From the IMG/VR virus record IMGVR_UViG_3300007770_000008: a DNA stretch of 64,000 nucleotides; one strand, 5' to 3'. Shown piece by piece: positions 9,883 to 20,226 of this stretch; the first letter of the stretch is position 1; each line of letters begins with the position of its first letter. This DNA comes from an uncultured virus (IMG/VR IMGVR_UViG_3300007770_000008) (Duplodnaviria; Heunggongvirae; Uroviricota; Caudoviricetes). The position numbers and the translations under genes are program-made. The notes beneath the pieces were generated by a model that saw only the letters and a list, made by a program, of their open reading frames with translations, was not told the DNA's origin and made no database searches.

Positions 9883-10882
9883 GTTTCTCGAGTTCCTCTG
9901 GAAAATCAGAATCTACCAAGCCCAGCCTTACCAGCTTGAGCATAAACTCTTGTCGCTCTCGCGATCGGCGGACCTGCCATTCCGGCACCAGAGCCGAGTA
10001 AGCAGTGTCAGGACTTATGAACAAAGGGAGAGCTTGCACACATTGGGCAATAAACTGGTTCAACTGAGCCAGTTCTGGACCGGTCAGCGACATCGCGTTG
10101 AGGCGGTAATCCTGGAAAGCTTCCCAGGTCACGGGCACCAATTTGCTTACGATTTCTTCGCCGATGATCGTAGCGTAGTCACGGATCTCTTTCTGGGCAT
10201 GTGAATCCATACGCAACCGCAGAAAATGAAGTAGGTTGTGCAAGTTGCACTTCCAGTATGCCTCGGTGTAAGTCGACAACGGTAGATCCTTGCGGGCCTG
10301 CTCCCGGGCAATGCCAAACTGCAGACGCTCGTCGTAGATCTCTCTGGACACGCGGTGGAACGCAGCTTCGCGTTGTGTTAGGTAGCCACCAGGCGTAGTT
10401 GCGTCAAAAGTATCAGGGTCGAGATACTCTGGCTTACTCCAGCCTTCCGGCCAGCCCAGTTCACCGACCTCTGACCCCTGCCTATTGCGGTCAGATTGCT
10501 GTCGCCAACCTTCTGGCCCAGTGTCATCTTTGGAGTCAATAGCCTCGGAGTATCGCGTAGAGTACTCGTTGACCGACGCCGTTCTGTGCCGAATCCATTG
10601 TCGCCATGTGTCCATAGGAACACGTACGCGAAACTTGAGTTCTACCATCTCGAACGGAGTAGTGTGGTGGTGCCGCATTAGATAGCGGATCAGGTGGCGG
10701 TCTGCACTGGTGCGACGAGTACCGGCACCGTAACTGATACGGGCCGCGTCTACGATGTCCTGATCAGTGCCCATACAGTCGACTAAGGCCACATGGCCGT
10801 CGCTGAGGACATCAAATTGAGTGTGGCGTAACGCATCCAAACGCTGGTTGAACTCTTCCTTGGAAAGAAGTTCAGTTGTCAT
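9842..10882 (-). CDS. thyX: Flavin-dependent thymidylate synthase
   Basis: RHRTASVNEYSTRY ThyX motif; HTTPFE; AREQARKDLP; HAQKEIR. Confidence 0.95.
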   Translation of the reverse strand: MTTELLSKEEFNQRLDALRHTQFDVLSDGHVALVDCMGTDQDIVDAARISYGAGTRRTSADRHLIRYLMRHHHTTPFEMVELKFRVRVPMDTWRQWIRHRTASVNEYSTRYSEAIDSKDDTGPEGWRQQSDRNRQGSEVGELGWPEGWSKPEYLDPDTFDATTPGGYLTQREAAFHRVSREIYDERLQFGIAREQARKDLPLSTYTEAYWKCNLHNLLHFLRLRMDSHAQKEIRDYATIIGEEIVSKLVPVTWEAFQDYRLNAMSLTGPELAQLNQFIAQCVQALPLFISPDTAYSALVPEWQVRRSRERQEFMLKLVRLGLVDSDFPEELEKHVQRIHGNRETAV

Positions 10883-11105
10883 TAAGTGTTGTTCTCCTAG
10901 TGTTCGAGATTACTCTGCTGTATCCTGCCGCAGTTGAGACACTTTCGCTCTTGCCAGGTCTTGGTGTAGGCAATGCGTTCTGTGCCGTTAACGTACGACA
11001 TACCATCGTCCGGCAGACACGGACGCGTGTACGTCCCTTTGATCTTCTCCCATTCGGACCACTCGCCGCAGCACTTAAACCCCAACAACTTGAGAAACCA
11101 ATCCT

Positions 11106-12029
11106 TCATTCTTGCCTCACCATTGCTTTGCGGTCCGTGCAACTAACGCACAGACCTAGGGTAGTTTTATCCGGGTCGAACCACGTCGTCTTCTTGCACA
11201 TATCGCAAGCGTGCTTGACGTAAGAGCGTGGGTGAACTGCCAACGGACACTGGTCGTATCCGATAAAGCAGCGGTGGCACGCATGTTTGTAACCTGCTGG
11301 GCAGGCTATCTCTATGCGTTGCCGTTTCTTGATCAGGTCACGATTGTAGTCATGCATACCGGACGGCACGCAGATGTTCTTGAACCCCGGTGCCTTGTTT
11401 GTGCTTAGCTCGGGTTCGAACAGGCCGTAGAGTCGCATACCTACGTAGCTAGCCGAGTCATGGTACGGGTATTTGCCCCATGGCTTGGAATAGCCCATCT
11501 GTTGCGAAGCGAACCGACTCATCGACATAGTCCAGAATGCCGTGACCAGGAACGATGTGGCCGATCCCGCAAGTACCCTGCAAGTGAATAGATCACCTGG
11601 ATCACCCTTGTGGTTTCGCCGCATGACCCGGTCCACAATCTGCATAGGCATCCACTCATACTGGTTTTGTCTGGTCCAAGGCGGAGCGGCGTGGCCCGCC
11701 TTCAACTTGTTGATATTACCGGCAAGGTGCCAGAACAGTTGTGCGAGTTGTTCGTTGCCGAAGTCCTCTCGACAAACATGCTTGATTGAGTCAAACAAAG
11801 CCTTTCGTCTTACACCGTCAGGCATTCGCGTAAGTAGTTTGTCTACATAGCTATCCAGATCTTCGTGTGTGATATCCGAATCCACTATGAAGCATAGCTC
11901 GTCGTCTTGCGACAGGCGACGTTTTAGGTTCATCACCTGCCTAAGGTTTACGACCTGAGGTTTCTCCGGTACTTCCTGTATTTCGTCAAAGGTCTGGACA
12001 ACCGCCATGTTGTCGTCGGTGGTAGTCAT
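11106..12029 (-). CDS. Hypothetical protein with C-terminal Cys-rich zinc-binding region
   Basis: 307 aa; CP..CHRC..C..CDMC..CVSC. Confidence 0.6.
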   Translation of the reverse strand: MTTTDDNMAVVQTFDEIQEVPEKPQVVNLRQVMNLKRRLSQDDELCFIVDSDITHEDLDSYVDKLLTRMPDGVRRKALFDSIKHVCREDFGNEQLAQLFWHLAGNINKLKAGHAAPPWTRQNQYEWMPMQIVDRVMRRNHKGDPGDLFTCRVLAGSATSFLVTAFWTMSMSRFASQQMGYSKPWGKYPYHDSASYVGMRLYGLFEPELSTNKAPGFKNICVPSGMHDYNRDLIKKRQRIEIACPAGYKHACHRCFIGYDQCPLAVHPRSYVKHACDMCKKTTWFDPDKTTLGLCVSCTDRKAMVRQE

Positions 12030-12934
12030 TAGAGCAGTCGCGACCCCTTGAGCTGCCAGTCAGTGTAAAGCCGACCGTTGGGAAAGAAAATCAGCTGCCG
12101 TAACTCGTCGTCATCGTATTCGTGATCCTTCGTCAGGCAATTAGTGATGCACACGTTGTGCCCGTCGTAGTCGTACACCCTGCCATTGTGTGCAAGATCG
12201 TACAGTGGCACGGTATGGCCTTCTGCTATACGCTGCTCTAGAGCTGACATAAAACACTCTATGGCAGCATGTGACATACCGTGCTGAGCAATCCAGTCGC
12301 TGGTATCCACTGAGTCGGTACCGTTAACGGTCTTCGCGACTGGTCGCCACGTCACCTGGTCAATCCCTATCGCGGAGGTATACCTGAGCAACCACTCCAA
12401 CTCTACCAGCGAGTCTATCCCGCCTTTGATGCCCACGGTGGTGTACCGCACAATCATACCGGCTTCGTGAACACGGTCTACTACCTTTTGTAAGTCAATC
12501 CACTCCGCGTGCCTCGGAAAGTAGATCTGCTGGTTAAGGTCTTCCTTGTAGCCGACGTTGGAGATCATAACTGTAGTCATACCCAACCCTGCCCACTGCT
12601 CAAGTAGGCCTGGGACGCTGAACCTCTGGTACCGATCCATCTCCAGTATTGAGCCGTTTGTCTGCAGCTCAATAAACGGGAAACGATCGACCAGATGATT
12701 CATGTAGGCAGTAACGTGCTCCGGGTATAGCGTAGGCTCGCCCTTGCCCGTAATGAGCACGTTAGTCACTCCGCCACGCTCAGCCAGTTGGATGGCTTTC
12801 TTTAGGTTGCGGAAGTTGATTGGCTCGGCTTGATGGTCCATCTGGCGAAGGCCAGTCATCTTGGACACACAAAACGGACATGCGGCATTGCATGTCCGTG
12901 TACCGGCCACGAGACTCATTGTCTGGAAACGCAT
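12029..12934 (-). CDS. Radical SAM protein
   Basis: CNAACPFC (CxxxCxxC), ITGKGEPTL, LQTNG. Confidence 0.9.
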   Translation of the reverse strand: MRFQTMSLVAGTRTCNAACPFCVSKMTGLRQMDHQAEPINFRNLKKAIQLAERGGVTNVLITGKGEPTLYPEHVTAYMNHLVDRFPFIELQTNGSILEMDRYQRFSVPGLLEQWAGLGMTTVMISNVGYKEDLNQQIYFPRHAEWIDLQKVVDRVHEAGMIVRYTTVGIKGGIDSLVELEWLLRYTSAIGIDQVTWRPVAKTVNGTDSVDTSDWIAQHGMSHAAIECFMSALEQRIAEGHTVPLYDLAHNGRVYDYDGHNVCITNCLTKDHEYDDDELRQLIFFPNGRLYTDWQLKGSRLL

Positions 12935-12945
12935 TGCTAACTCCC

Positions 12946-13314
12946 TTACTCTTGGGTAGCTTCACCTTGCTGTAGGGACCTTTCCAGTTTAGAGAAGGCC
13001 ACTGCCAGCTTCCTTGTTACGTTTCGCCAATCTGCGTAGAAATATTGCTGCAATACGCCAAGCCATTGGTCGTATTCGGCATCGTCTTCTAGCGTGTTCA
13101 AGTCAACCACGGCCTTGGTGGGGTTGCCATCCAAGCCGCGAACCGTCATTTCGAGGAGCGGGCGTTCGCCGCCCTCGACAGCTGATACGATTCGATCGTA
13201 AGCAGCGTAGTTACGTTGCCAACGCGGAAGTAGTTCCTCTACCGCCTGTAGGGCTTCTCCTGTCTTGTTTTGTTCTTCTGACATTCTCACGTCGCTTATT
13301 GGATTAGTGGTCAC
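12946..13314 (-). CDS. Hypothetical protein
   Basis: 122 aa co-oriented ORF. Confidence 0.5.
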   Translation of the reverse strand: MTTNPISDVRMSEEQNKTGEALQAVEELLPRWQRNYAAYDRIVSAVEGGERPLLEMTVRGLDGNPTKAVVDLNTLEDDAEYDQWLGVLQQYFYADWRNVTRKLAVAFSKLERSLQQGEATQE

Positions 13315-13714
13315 TGCGGTAAGCTACCCCAGCCCAAAGCTGGTAGCCTTCTTCGACTTCGTACACACTGCCCAGCACTAATTGCATCTTGTCTGGACGT
13401 GCGTCGTCAGGAAGTTCACTCATAGCCAAGGCTCCGAGTTGCATTCCGGTACCGAATACGGCACCAAAGTCTTTAGCGTTGGTGGTGTAGCTAAACAGAG
13501 GTATACGTACCCATTCGCCGTCTTTAGTAAGGGACCATTCTACGGGGGATCCTGGCTGGACTGCTCCGGCAACGTACCACTTGCCTGGAAAGACTTTGGC
13601 AACAGCGTAGGGAGCATTTCGCTCAGGTGGCTTCTCTCGCCGAAGAAACAACGTAGGCTGTTTCTTTTCTGCAAGGAACGGGTCACAGTCTAGAGGGGAA
13701 ACTACGAGTTGCAC
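13304..13714 (-). CDS. Hypothetical protein
   Basis: 136 aa co-oriented ORF. Confidence 0.5.
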   Translation of the reverse strand: MQLVVSPLDCDPFLAEKKQPTLFLRREKPPERNAPYAVAKVFPGKWYVAGAVQPGSPVEWSLTKDGEWVRIPLFSYTTNAKDFGAVFGTGMQLGALAMSELPDDARPDKMQLVLGSVYEVEEGYQLWAGVAYRSDH

Positions 13715-14496
13715 GGTACACCCTCGAAAACAGTTTTGTGGGTTTGGAATTCTTGGTGGTACAGCGTAATTGGTTCTCCGTTGTACCGTCGAGCTATCAC
13801 ATCTTGTGAGACGCCTTTACGCGGAGCCCTGGAATGGTTCCCAGCGTCGTCAGCATTGACTCGCACACCGTTGTCGAAACGCGTGAGGGCTAGCCCCTGG
13901 TGCCGAAGCATCTCGCCCAGCGTCGAGTCTCCGCCGTTGTGTTGCAGCTCTGGCCAAGGCCAGTTATGCTCGTCGAGGATCTTTCGCTGCATACACCACC
14001 AAGCTCCTTGGATAAACTTGAAATTCTTTGGCTTCTGCAGGTCCTTGTTGAACCATGGTTGGGTCATCATCCAGTCCCATTGGTTGCCTTGCGGCCCAAG
14101 CATCCAGACTTGTCCGAGCATATTGGACGTCTCCATGCGTGTTGAGACATCAGCCCAGAAGTTCGTATTGCCCTGCGTAAGGTAGGAATCGTCATCAAAC
14201 CACATAACGTGCTGGGCTAGTAGGTGCTCTTCATCGAAGAACATACGTCGCATCGTAGGGTATTTGAAGACGTTGCCCTCGGGCTCGTAAACGATGACCC
14301 TGGTACCCTTCTCCGCAATCTTGGCTGCCCAGTCGAGGACGTAGGCTTGTAGCTCTTGCGAAGGAACATGCAACGCGACACGAAAATCCTGCACGTGGTC
14401 GCTGTAGTTGGACGCTGCTAGCGAGTCCAAACAACGTTTTGCCAAGTCCAGAAAGGTGTCGTAGAAGAGGGCGTTTACTGAGATGTTTTTGGCCAT
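13702..14496 (-). CDS. GT-A fold glycosyltransferase-like protein
   Basis: VMWFDDDSY (DxD), FIQGAWW, HNGGDSTLG. Confidence 0.65.
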   Translation of the reverse strand: MAKNISVNALFYDTFLDLAKRCLDSLAASNYSDHVQDFRVALHVPSQELQAYVLDWAAKIAEKGTRVIVYEPEGNVFKYPTMRRMFFDEEHLLAQHVMWFDDDSYLTQGNTNFWADVSTRMETSNMLGQVWMLGPQGNQWDWMMTQPWFNKDLQKPKNFKFIQGAWWCMQRKILDEHNWPWPELQHNGGDSTLGEMLRHQGLALTRFDNGVRVNADDAGNHSRAPRKGVSQDVIARRYNGEPITLYHQEFQTHKTVFEGVPCNS

Positions 14497-14502
14497 AGCA
14501 AT

Positions 14503-14532
14503 AAAAAACGCCCCAGGGGTCGCCTGGGGCGT
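14503..14532 (-). terminator. Intrinsic terminator
   Basis: ACGCCCCAGG-CGACC-CCTGGGGCGT hairpin followed by a T run on the minus strand, just after 14551..15474. Confidence 0.75.
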
Positions 14533-14550
14533 AGTCAGGTAGGGAACGGG

Positions 14551-15474
14551 TTAGGCCTTCGCTGTGGCTGCTGCCTTCCGCTTCCCTGCTTTGGCTTTGG
14601 CGGCGGCAATAGCCGCTGCGGTATTACCCTTTGTTCGAGCAGCGGTAGTCGCCCCTGTCTTCTTGGGCTTGCTACTCTTGGCTTTCGCCGCTGGCTTTGT
14701 TTTGGCAGGTCGCGAGGGCGTCTCCGTCTCAACGCCTTGGCGGGACAGGATGACGCGATGCACCGTGTCTAAAGCCGAGGCCACTTTGCGGCGGTTGGCG
14801 TCCAGCTTAACCGATAGAGCGGCCAAATCGCCGTCTGCTGTCTCCAGGGCGTGTAGCAACTTAGCGTCCGCGTTGCTTTCTGGTTCCTCATCGATCTTAT
14901 CAAAGACCGCCTCGTCCAAGTGATCCTGCGACTCCAGCAAGCGGTTGACCAACTTATGTAGTTGCGTCAAGCCTGCTGAAGGTGACCGAGGAGCCGAGCC
15001 AGCACGGCCACCAGCCGAACGCTGCCCCAGCTCCGTTTGAATTGCGTTGTCTAGCTCACGCGTAGTAAGCCCTTCCTTCAACCACGTGTTGTAGAACCGC
15101 TTCCGCGTTTTGGCCGTCCGGATAGACGCCAGAGCCCGCAGATGCGTGAACGTCAGCTCGTTGTTCTTCGCGTTGCGAATCTCTAGGAGTTCCTGGAGAT
15201 CCTCACGAGACCAAGTCACCGACACGTTTTTCAAGTTGTAGATCTCGCCTTCCGATTTGCCCAAAGCCGCTGCCAGTTGGTTCGCGGCGTTCGCTCCATA
15301 CTTTTTCTCGTCCGTCAGTACGTTGTCGATCCGTCGTCCGATCTCGTATCGGGCCATGATGTCATTCTTCGACAACGACCCGAATCGTTTCTGCAGATCC
15401 GCATATACCTTGCGGAGGGCTGCACTCATTTCTTCGACGGCCTTATTGGTCCGACTGGTAGACGTTGTACTCAC
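14551..15474 (-). CDS. DUF1016-N-like DNA-binding protein with Lys/Ala-rich tail
   Basis: RYEIGRRI...KKYG...LTFTHLRAL resembles the DUF1016 N-terminus; histone-H1-like AK-rich C-terminus. Confidence 0.55.
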   Translation of the reverse strand: MSTTSTSRTNKAVEEMSAALRKVYADLQKRFGSLSKNDIMARYEIGRRIDNVLTDEKKYGANAANQLAAALGKSEGEIYNLKNVSVTWSREDLQELLEIRNAKNNELTFTHLRALASIRTAKTRKRFYNTWLKEGLTTRELDNAIQTELGQRSAGGRAGSAPRSPSAGLTQLHKLVNRLLESQDHLDEAVFDKIDEEPESNADAKLLHALETADGDLAALSVKLDANRRKVASALDTVHRVILSRQGVETETPSRPAKTKPAAKAKSSKPKKTGATTAARTKGNTAAAIAAAKAKAGKRKAAATAKA

Positions 15475-15488
15475 CTAATTCTCCTGTG

Positions 15489-16658
15489 TCAATTCACGGC
15501 AAATTTGCCAGTCAGCATTTGATAGGCCAGCTGCTCAGCGTTCTCGCGTTCCTCTATTCCGCGATGCCTGGCCTCGCTTGTTAAAGCGTTAAAGATATCG
15601 AACGCTGTCCGCCGTTCGAATGCAGCTAGAGGATTATCCTCGTCCTTGCGGATGACGTCAACCGCATAACTTCCTTGCCAAATGGCGGTGCTAACAACCG
15701 ACTCCGCAAAGCCTTTCTGGAGGCCTCGCCTGTGGAGTTGGCTCACTATGTTCTGAAGTCGTTTGTCATTCTCATCTTCGGTCCCACCTAGACCCAACTT
15801 CTGGTCCATCAGGATCAGTACCTGGAACTTGTATTTGGTCGCATACCGGACTTTTGTCCGGACTCTCTCCAATAGCCTTTGGAATTTCTGGTTAAATTTG
15901 GGGCCCTTAACGTGGGGAAGTTTACCGCCGTCAATGAATGGGCTAATCGCTTTGCTAATATATGGTTCTCGCGAGAGGACTGCTGCAGCCTTGACAGAAC
16001 AGTCACCTACTTCGGAGTTAGCAAAATGGTAGCCCCCAAAAAACCGCTCGGTTGGGCGGTTTTCGGCGGTCACCTCGAACACTGAGTTTGTGTTAAGAAA
16101 CCGGAGCATAAGCCGACGACCGTACAACGCCGCTTCACAGAATGTGGCGGGATTGTGTGTCTTGGCCGTAAACTCCCTAGCTCGTTGGAATAGGTCTAGA
16201 TTGGGAAAGTACTCGTACTTGCGACCAACAATCCCTTCGATACGGTTGTGGTTGCGATCCAGAATGAAGCTGCAACCAGCCAGTCTATCAAAACGCAGTT
16301 TGAGCACACGGTTCAGAATAGACATGGCCAACTCGGGATCGGTTCGTTTGGCGGCAACGCCGCCAATACCTGCAATGTCCCTAGTCAGGTGTGCCAGCCC
16401 TGGGGCCAGTTTAGAGCACAAATGAGAAAGGGCTGGCACAGTAAGTTTGTACTTACCGTTAACCAGCCCTGACTTATGCAGCATGACGCTACGCGGATCT
16501 GCGATCAACACGTTCTCTGTGTTGCGGTAGTGCGTCTCCAACGTACGCTCTAGTCGCTCCTCGGCAGCAGCGTCCTCGATCAAATTAAAGACGTGTGTTT
16601 CAGGCTCGATAGCGAGCTTGGGCACGTCGGTAAGGGTCAGTCTACTACTGGATCCCAC
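15489..16658 (-). CDS. DUF932-like protein
   Basis: IEGIVGRKYEYFPN and GYHFANSEVGDCSV patterns. Confidence 0.55.
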   Translation of the reverse strand: MGSSSRLTLTDVPKLAIEPETHVFNLIEDAAAEERLERTLETHYRNTENVLIADPRSVMLHKSGLVNGKYKLTVPALSHLCSKLAPGLAHLTRDIAGIGGVAAKRTDPELAMSILNRVLKLRFDRLAGCSFILDRNHNRIEGIVGRKYEYFPNLDLFQRAREFTAKTHNPATFCEAALYGRRLMLRFLNTNSVFEVTAENRPTERFFGGYHFANSEVGDCSVKAAAVLSREPYISKAISPFIDGGKLPHVKGPKFNQKFQRLLERVRTKVRYATKYKFQVLILMDQKLGLGGTEDENDKRLQNIVSQLHRRGLQKGFAESVVSTAIWQGSYAVDVIRKDEDNPLAAFERRTAFDIFNALTSEARHRGIEERENAEQLAYQMLTGKFAVN

Positions 16659-17182
16659 TGCATAGCCTCGATGAACTTCTTAAAGGGCTCGATGCACAAC
16701 GACTTCTTGCCGTGCTTCCAGAACATGCGAAAGCCGTTGTCATTCATATTGACAACAGCATCATGTAGTATAAGCCCACGGTTCAACTTCGGCCAGGCTA
16801 CGATCATTCCAAACGGTTTGTGCTGATGCTCTTCCGGGATAGTATCAGCCAACTCCTCGTATCGCTTAACGAAGCGTCGAGTGCGAAACCGATTGAACAG
16901 ATTCTCTATAGTGCAGTCCTTGACTATGTAAGGGATCTTGGTTGCGGCTAGGTAAACGGGGAAGTCTCCAAACTCCTCGGAGAACTGGAAAAAGGACAAT
17001 CCTTTGTGCCCGTTTAGCCTAAACTGCCTATCAGCAAGTTTGTGCCGATGACCGGCCATACCAAACTCACCTAGGACGTACCGCACACACTTCTCTTCAA
17101 AGCGTTCCTCTCGACGAGCCTCGGGATTCCCCATTTCGCTCATCACTTCGCTGAGCGGATTGAAGTCCTTAGGCGGTTCCAT
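16637..17182 (-). CDS. Hypothetical protein
   Basis: 181 aa ORF coupled to recA. Confidence 0.6.
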   Translation of the reverse strand: MEPPKDFNPLSEVMSEMGNPEARREERFEEKCVRYVLGEFGMAGHRHKLADRQFRLNGHKGLSFFQFSEEFGDFPVYLAATKIPYIVKDCTIENLFNRFRTRRFVKRYEELADTIPEEHQHKPFGMIVAWPKLNRGLILHDAVVNMNDNGFRMFWKHGKKSLCIEPFKKFIEAMQWDPVVD

Positions 17183-18530
17183 TGATTTCCTCCGCTATCT
17201 TCTTTTCTACCTCGGCCAATTGGTCTAGATAGTCGACACCTGGTTGGAAAGCCTTCCGCCGAGTGATGCCGAACAGGTCTTGCAGCTTGCGTACAACCTT
17301 CTTGTCCTTCTCCAAAGCCACTCCGAAATCGTGCTTTGGCAGAGCCTCGGACTTGGGAATGTTCAGCTTGTCTGACCAGTACTTCTGGCCGGTAACTGGG
17401 TGAACGTCCACGACCTCCTGGATCATTTCCTTCCGCTTGCCTTTGTCGTAGGCTTGGATAATATCGACCGTAGCCGCTGGCCAGTCCCAACGAGTGACTT
17501 GCCGCATCCGGTTGGTTACCGGACATGGCTGCTTCTGCCACAAGATCGTAGCGGGGATAATTCGATCCGTCTCGCCCAAGGAGTTCTTCTTGCAGGCGAT
17601 CTTCAAGTTAAGGCCACCAACCTCAAAGACGTCGCCTGAACCTACCAGACTGACCTTGGCGTTCTTGTTCCGTTTCATCTCGAGTTCCCAGGTTTCCTGG
17701 AATGAGATGCTACGCCCGCCAGCCTTGTGCCGTTCGGTATGGAAACCGCCCTCAGCCTTTTGGGGCTTCAAGTGGTTCACAGCGATAAACGACATTGGCC
17801 ATTCTTCGATGTCCTGTGGAAACTTCTTGAGGAAGTTGTTGATCATCAAGGCCTCGACGGGGAACGAACGACCGGCAGCACCGGCCTTCTCGATCTTCTC
17901 TTGAGACTCCTCAGCCAACTTACCCATGATCGAGTCCAGGATCAAAGCAACTGGGAAGATGCGACCTGGGCCGCTCTGTCCGTCCTTGCCAGCCATAACA
18001 GTACGCCACCGATCGGCGTTGAACTGCAAGCGTTCCTGCCACTCGTCTACACTAGCACACGGGATGTGTCCCAGAATCTCGCCGCCACTGGTCTCTGGCC
18101 AGCCGATGATGGAGTTTGCGTATTCCGGCGAGTACTTAGTTTCGTTCTCGAACAACGTTCCGTATCCACCGGCCTGGTGAAACCAACGCACGATCTCGAA
18201 ACACAACGCACTCTTGCAAGTACCCTCAGTGCCCACGATCTGGATCATACGGCTCAGAGGAAATACGCTATTCTGTGTTAAGTACTGGAAAGCAAGCGGT
18301 ATAGGCACACCGATAACGATCCTACCGGCTTCGCCTGCACAACAAATGTTCGGGTCGCCATACTCGGTGCGACAGTCAGCCATAACCGCCTCTAGAAACC
18401 CGCCAGTCTTGTCTGGTAAACGCTCTAGTGACTTCGGTCGTTTCTTCCGTGTGGTCTTTTTCTTTGGAGGAGGAGCTGCTGCCGTAGCCGCCTCGGGCTC
18501 CTTGCCGGTTGTTGTCTTTTTCTTAGCCAT
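17169..18530 (-). CDS. recA: RecA/UvsX-like recombinase
   Basis: Walker A GTEGTCKS, Walker B LILDS, IAVNHLK, GGRSISF, KKNSLG. Confidence 0.85.
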   Translation of the reverse strand: MAKKKTTTGKEPEAATAAAPPPKKKTTRKKRPKSLERLPDKTGGFLEAVMADCRTEYGDPNICCAGEAGRIVIGVPIPLAFQYLTQNSVFPLSRMIQIVGTEGTCKSALCFEIVRWFHQAGGYGTLFENETKYSPEYANSIIGWPETSGGEILGHIPCASVDEWQERLQFNADRWRTVMAGKDGQSGPGRIFPVALILDSIMGKLAEESQEKIEKAGAAGRSFPVEALMINNFLKKFPQDIEEWPMSFIAVNHLKPQKAEGGFHTERHKAGGRSISFQETWELEMKRNKNAKVSLVGSGDVFEVGGLNLKIACKKNSLGETDRIIPATILWQKQPCPVTNRMRQVTRWDWPAATVDIIQAYDKGKRKEMIQEVVDVHPVTGQKYWSDKLNIPKSEALPKHDFGVALEKDKKVVRKLQDLFGITRRKAFQPGVDYLDQLAEVEKKIAEEINGTA

Positions 18531-18546
18531 TCGTCATCTCCAAGAG

Positions 18547-18578
18547 AAAATAAGGGGGCCGCATAACGGCCCCCTTAT
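18547..18578 (-). terminator. Intrinsic terminator
   Basis: ataagggggccg-cataa-cggcccccttat hairpin with T tract on the minus strand. Confidence 0.7.
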
Positions 18579-18597
18579 CGTAGTGTCAGTGAAGTGG

Positions 18598-20226
18598 TTA
18601 TTTCTTCTTCGGCGTAGGCTTCTTGCTGCTACTACGGGCTGCTGATCGGGCTTCCGCAGCTTTGCGTGCCTTGTCAGCTGCCAGGTCCTCAACAACCTCC
18701 TCTACCTCGACGTCATCGACGACGTCTTCGACCTCTTCAATCTCTTCTTCGGCTTCGACAACATCCTCTTCAAAGGCGTCATCGTCATCGCCCGAGATTT
18801 CTTCGACTTCATCCTCAACAACAGTACCGTCGGCCAGTTCCTCTACGACCTCTACGGCGTCCGCATCATCGTCGGTACCTTCGTAGTCGCTGTCGTCGAA
18901 CTCTTCGCTAGCGACCTGGTCGTCTAACTCGTTGTCATCGAAGCTGTCCAGCTCGTCGTCCGGAATCGCTGACGACTCGGTACCCTCATCTGTTGGAACT
19001 TCGGCACCCTGGCCTTGTGTCCGATTGGCCAACAAGCCCTTTACCTCGTCGGTGAAGAACTCAGGATGGTCCGCCCAGCCGTACCTGATCAGGTTCGGGA
19101 TCGATCGGAAACCGTTAGCCAAGTACATACAGATCTCGTCGTGAGTCGGGATGTGCAAAACATCATCCCACCACTGCAAGTTCTTACCGATGGATTTGGC
19201 GTACTTGGTAATATCCGCTTTACACTTGCGTCGACGACGCTTGTTGACGTAGAAAAACTCACGGTCCACCTGGGCTTTCCAGCCTTTGAACTCGCGGGAG
19301 TTTCCGGCAACCTCGACTTCGTTCTCTTCCTCGATGTTGTCATCGTCGGTGGCGTCGATCACCTCCGTGTCAAGATTGTGCTTCTCCGGGTTGTAGAACG
19401 TGATGAACGAGCCGTCCACCAAGTCGACCGTCTCACCGTATACGTAGTATTCGGCGTGATTGTCTGTGTCACCGGTGAAACCTTCGTGGGTCTCGTTCAA
19501 CAGGTTAGCCAGATCCTCGCCACCAGTTTTGGAGACTTGGATGATTTGCGGGAGATCGTTCTCACGAGCACCCTTTGGCGGCTGACCGTCCTTGACGAAG
19601 ATTTCGTCACGGTGCTGGTAGATCAAGCCCTGCGAATAGTAGAGCTTGGTGACCGAGCTAAAGGCCTTCTTCTTGCTGCGGTCGCTAACCAGCGGAGCCC
19701 ACTTTGAGATGTTCAAACGGTGGCGACCCAAGATGGCTTCGCCCTCGTCTACCGCGTCTCGTATGGCTCGGTTGAGAATCACGTAGGGGTTGCTACGCGG
19801 GTCGTACTCACCCATCCGTTCCGAGACCGGGTCCCAGAGCAGGAATGTGAATTTATTGTCCACGCCGACATACTTGGCGGCGGGCATACCTCGAATCCAG
19901 TCCGAGAGATCGTATGCGTCCGTGGACAGTCGGGTAGGATCGAATTCTTCCGGGTTCTCCGGGCAGAACGCCGGGAAGGGTCGGAAGGTCGTAGGAAGGT
20001 TTCCGTTCCACGCAGGCCGAACCAGCTCAATCTGTGCTGTCCGCTTGATAGTGCGGTCATCCGATGGTGCTCGGCTGGTCGGTGTGCTCGTCTCGCTATA
20101 GCGATATCGGCGAGCACGGGGAGCCCCGGCATTCCGGGACTTAACAACTGGACGCGACGGTGTCGCAGCACCCTTGGTGGTTTTGGTCTTCTTGTCGCGT
20201 GCGTTCGTGTTGGTCTTTGCCATCAC
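18598..20226 (-). CDS. Putative single-stranded DNA-binding protein (gp32-like role)
   Basis: 542 aa with very acidic C-terminal region, between polymerase and recA; function inferred from composition and position only. Confidence 0.45.
   Translation of the reverse strand: MMAKTNTNARDKKTKTTKGAATPSRPVVKSRNAGAPRARRYRYSETSTPTSRAPSDDRTIKRTAQIELVRPAWNGNLPTTFRPFPAFCPENPEEFDPTRLSTDAYDLSDWIRGMPAAKYVGVDNKFTFLLWDPVSERMGEYDPRSNPYVILNRAIRDAVDEGEAILGRHRLNISKWAPLVSDRSKKKAFSSVTKLYYSQGLIYQHRDEIFVKDGQPPKGARENDLPQIIQVSKTGGEDLANLLNETHEGFTGDTDNHAEYYVYGETVDLVDGSFITFYNPEKHNLDTEVIDATDDDNIEEENEVEVAGNSREFKGWKAQVDREFFYVNKRRRRKCKADITKYAKSIGKNLQWWDDVLHIPTHDEICMYLANGFRSIPNLIRYGWADHPEFFTDEVKGLLANRTQGQGAEVPTDEGTESSAIPDDELDSFDDNELDDQVASEEFDDSDYEGTDDDADAVEVVEELADGTVVEDEVEEISGDDDDAFEEDVVEAEEEIEEVEDVVDDVEVEEVVEDLAADKARKAAEARSAARSSSKKPTPKKK

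Noticed and set aside
18623..18960. Repetitive tcgtc/ttc-rich DNA (also near 37930-38110)
   Set aside because: Explained by Asp/Glu-rich protein tails, not a DNA repeat element.
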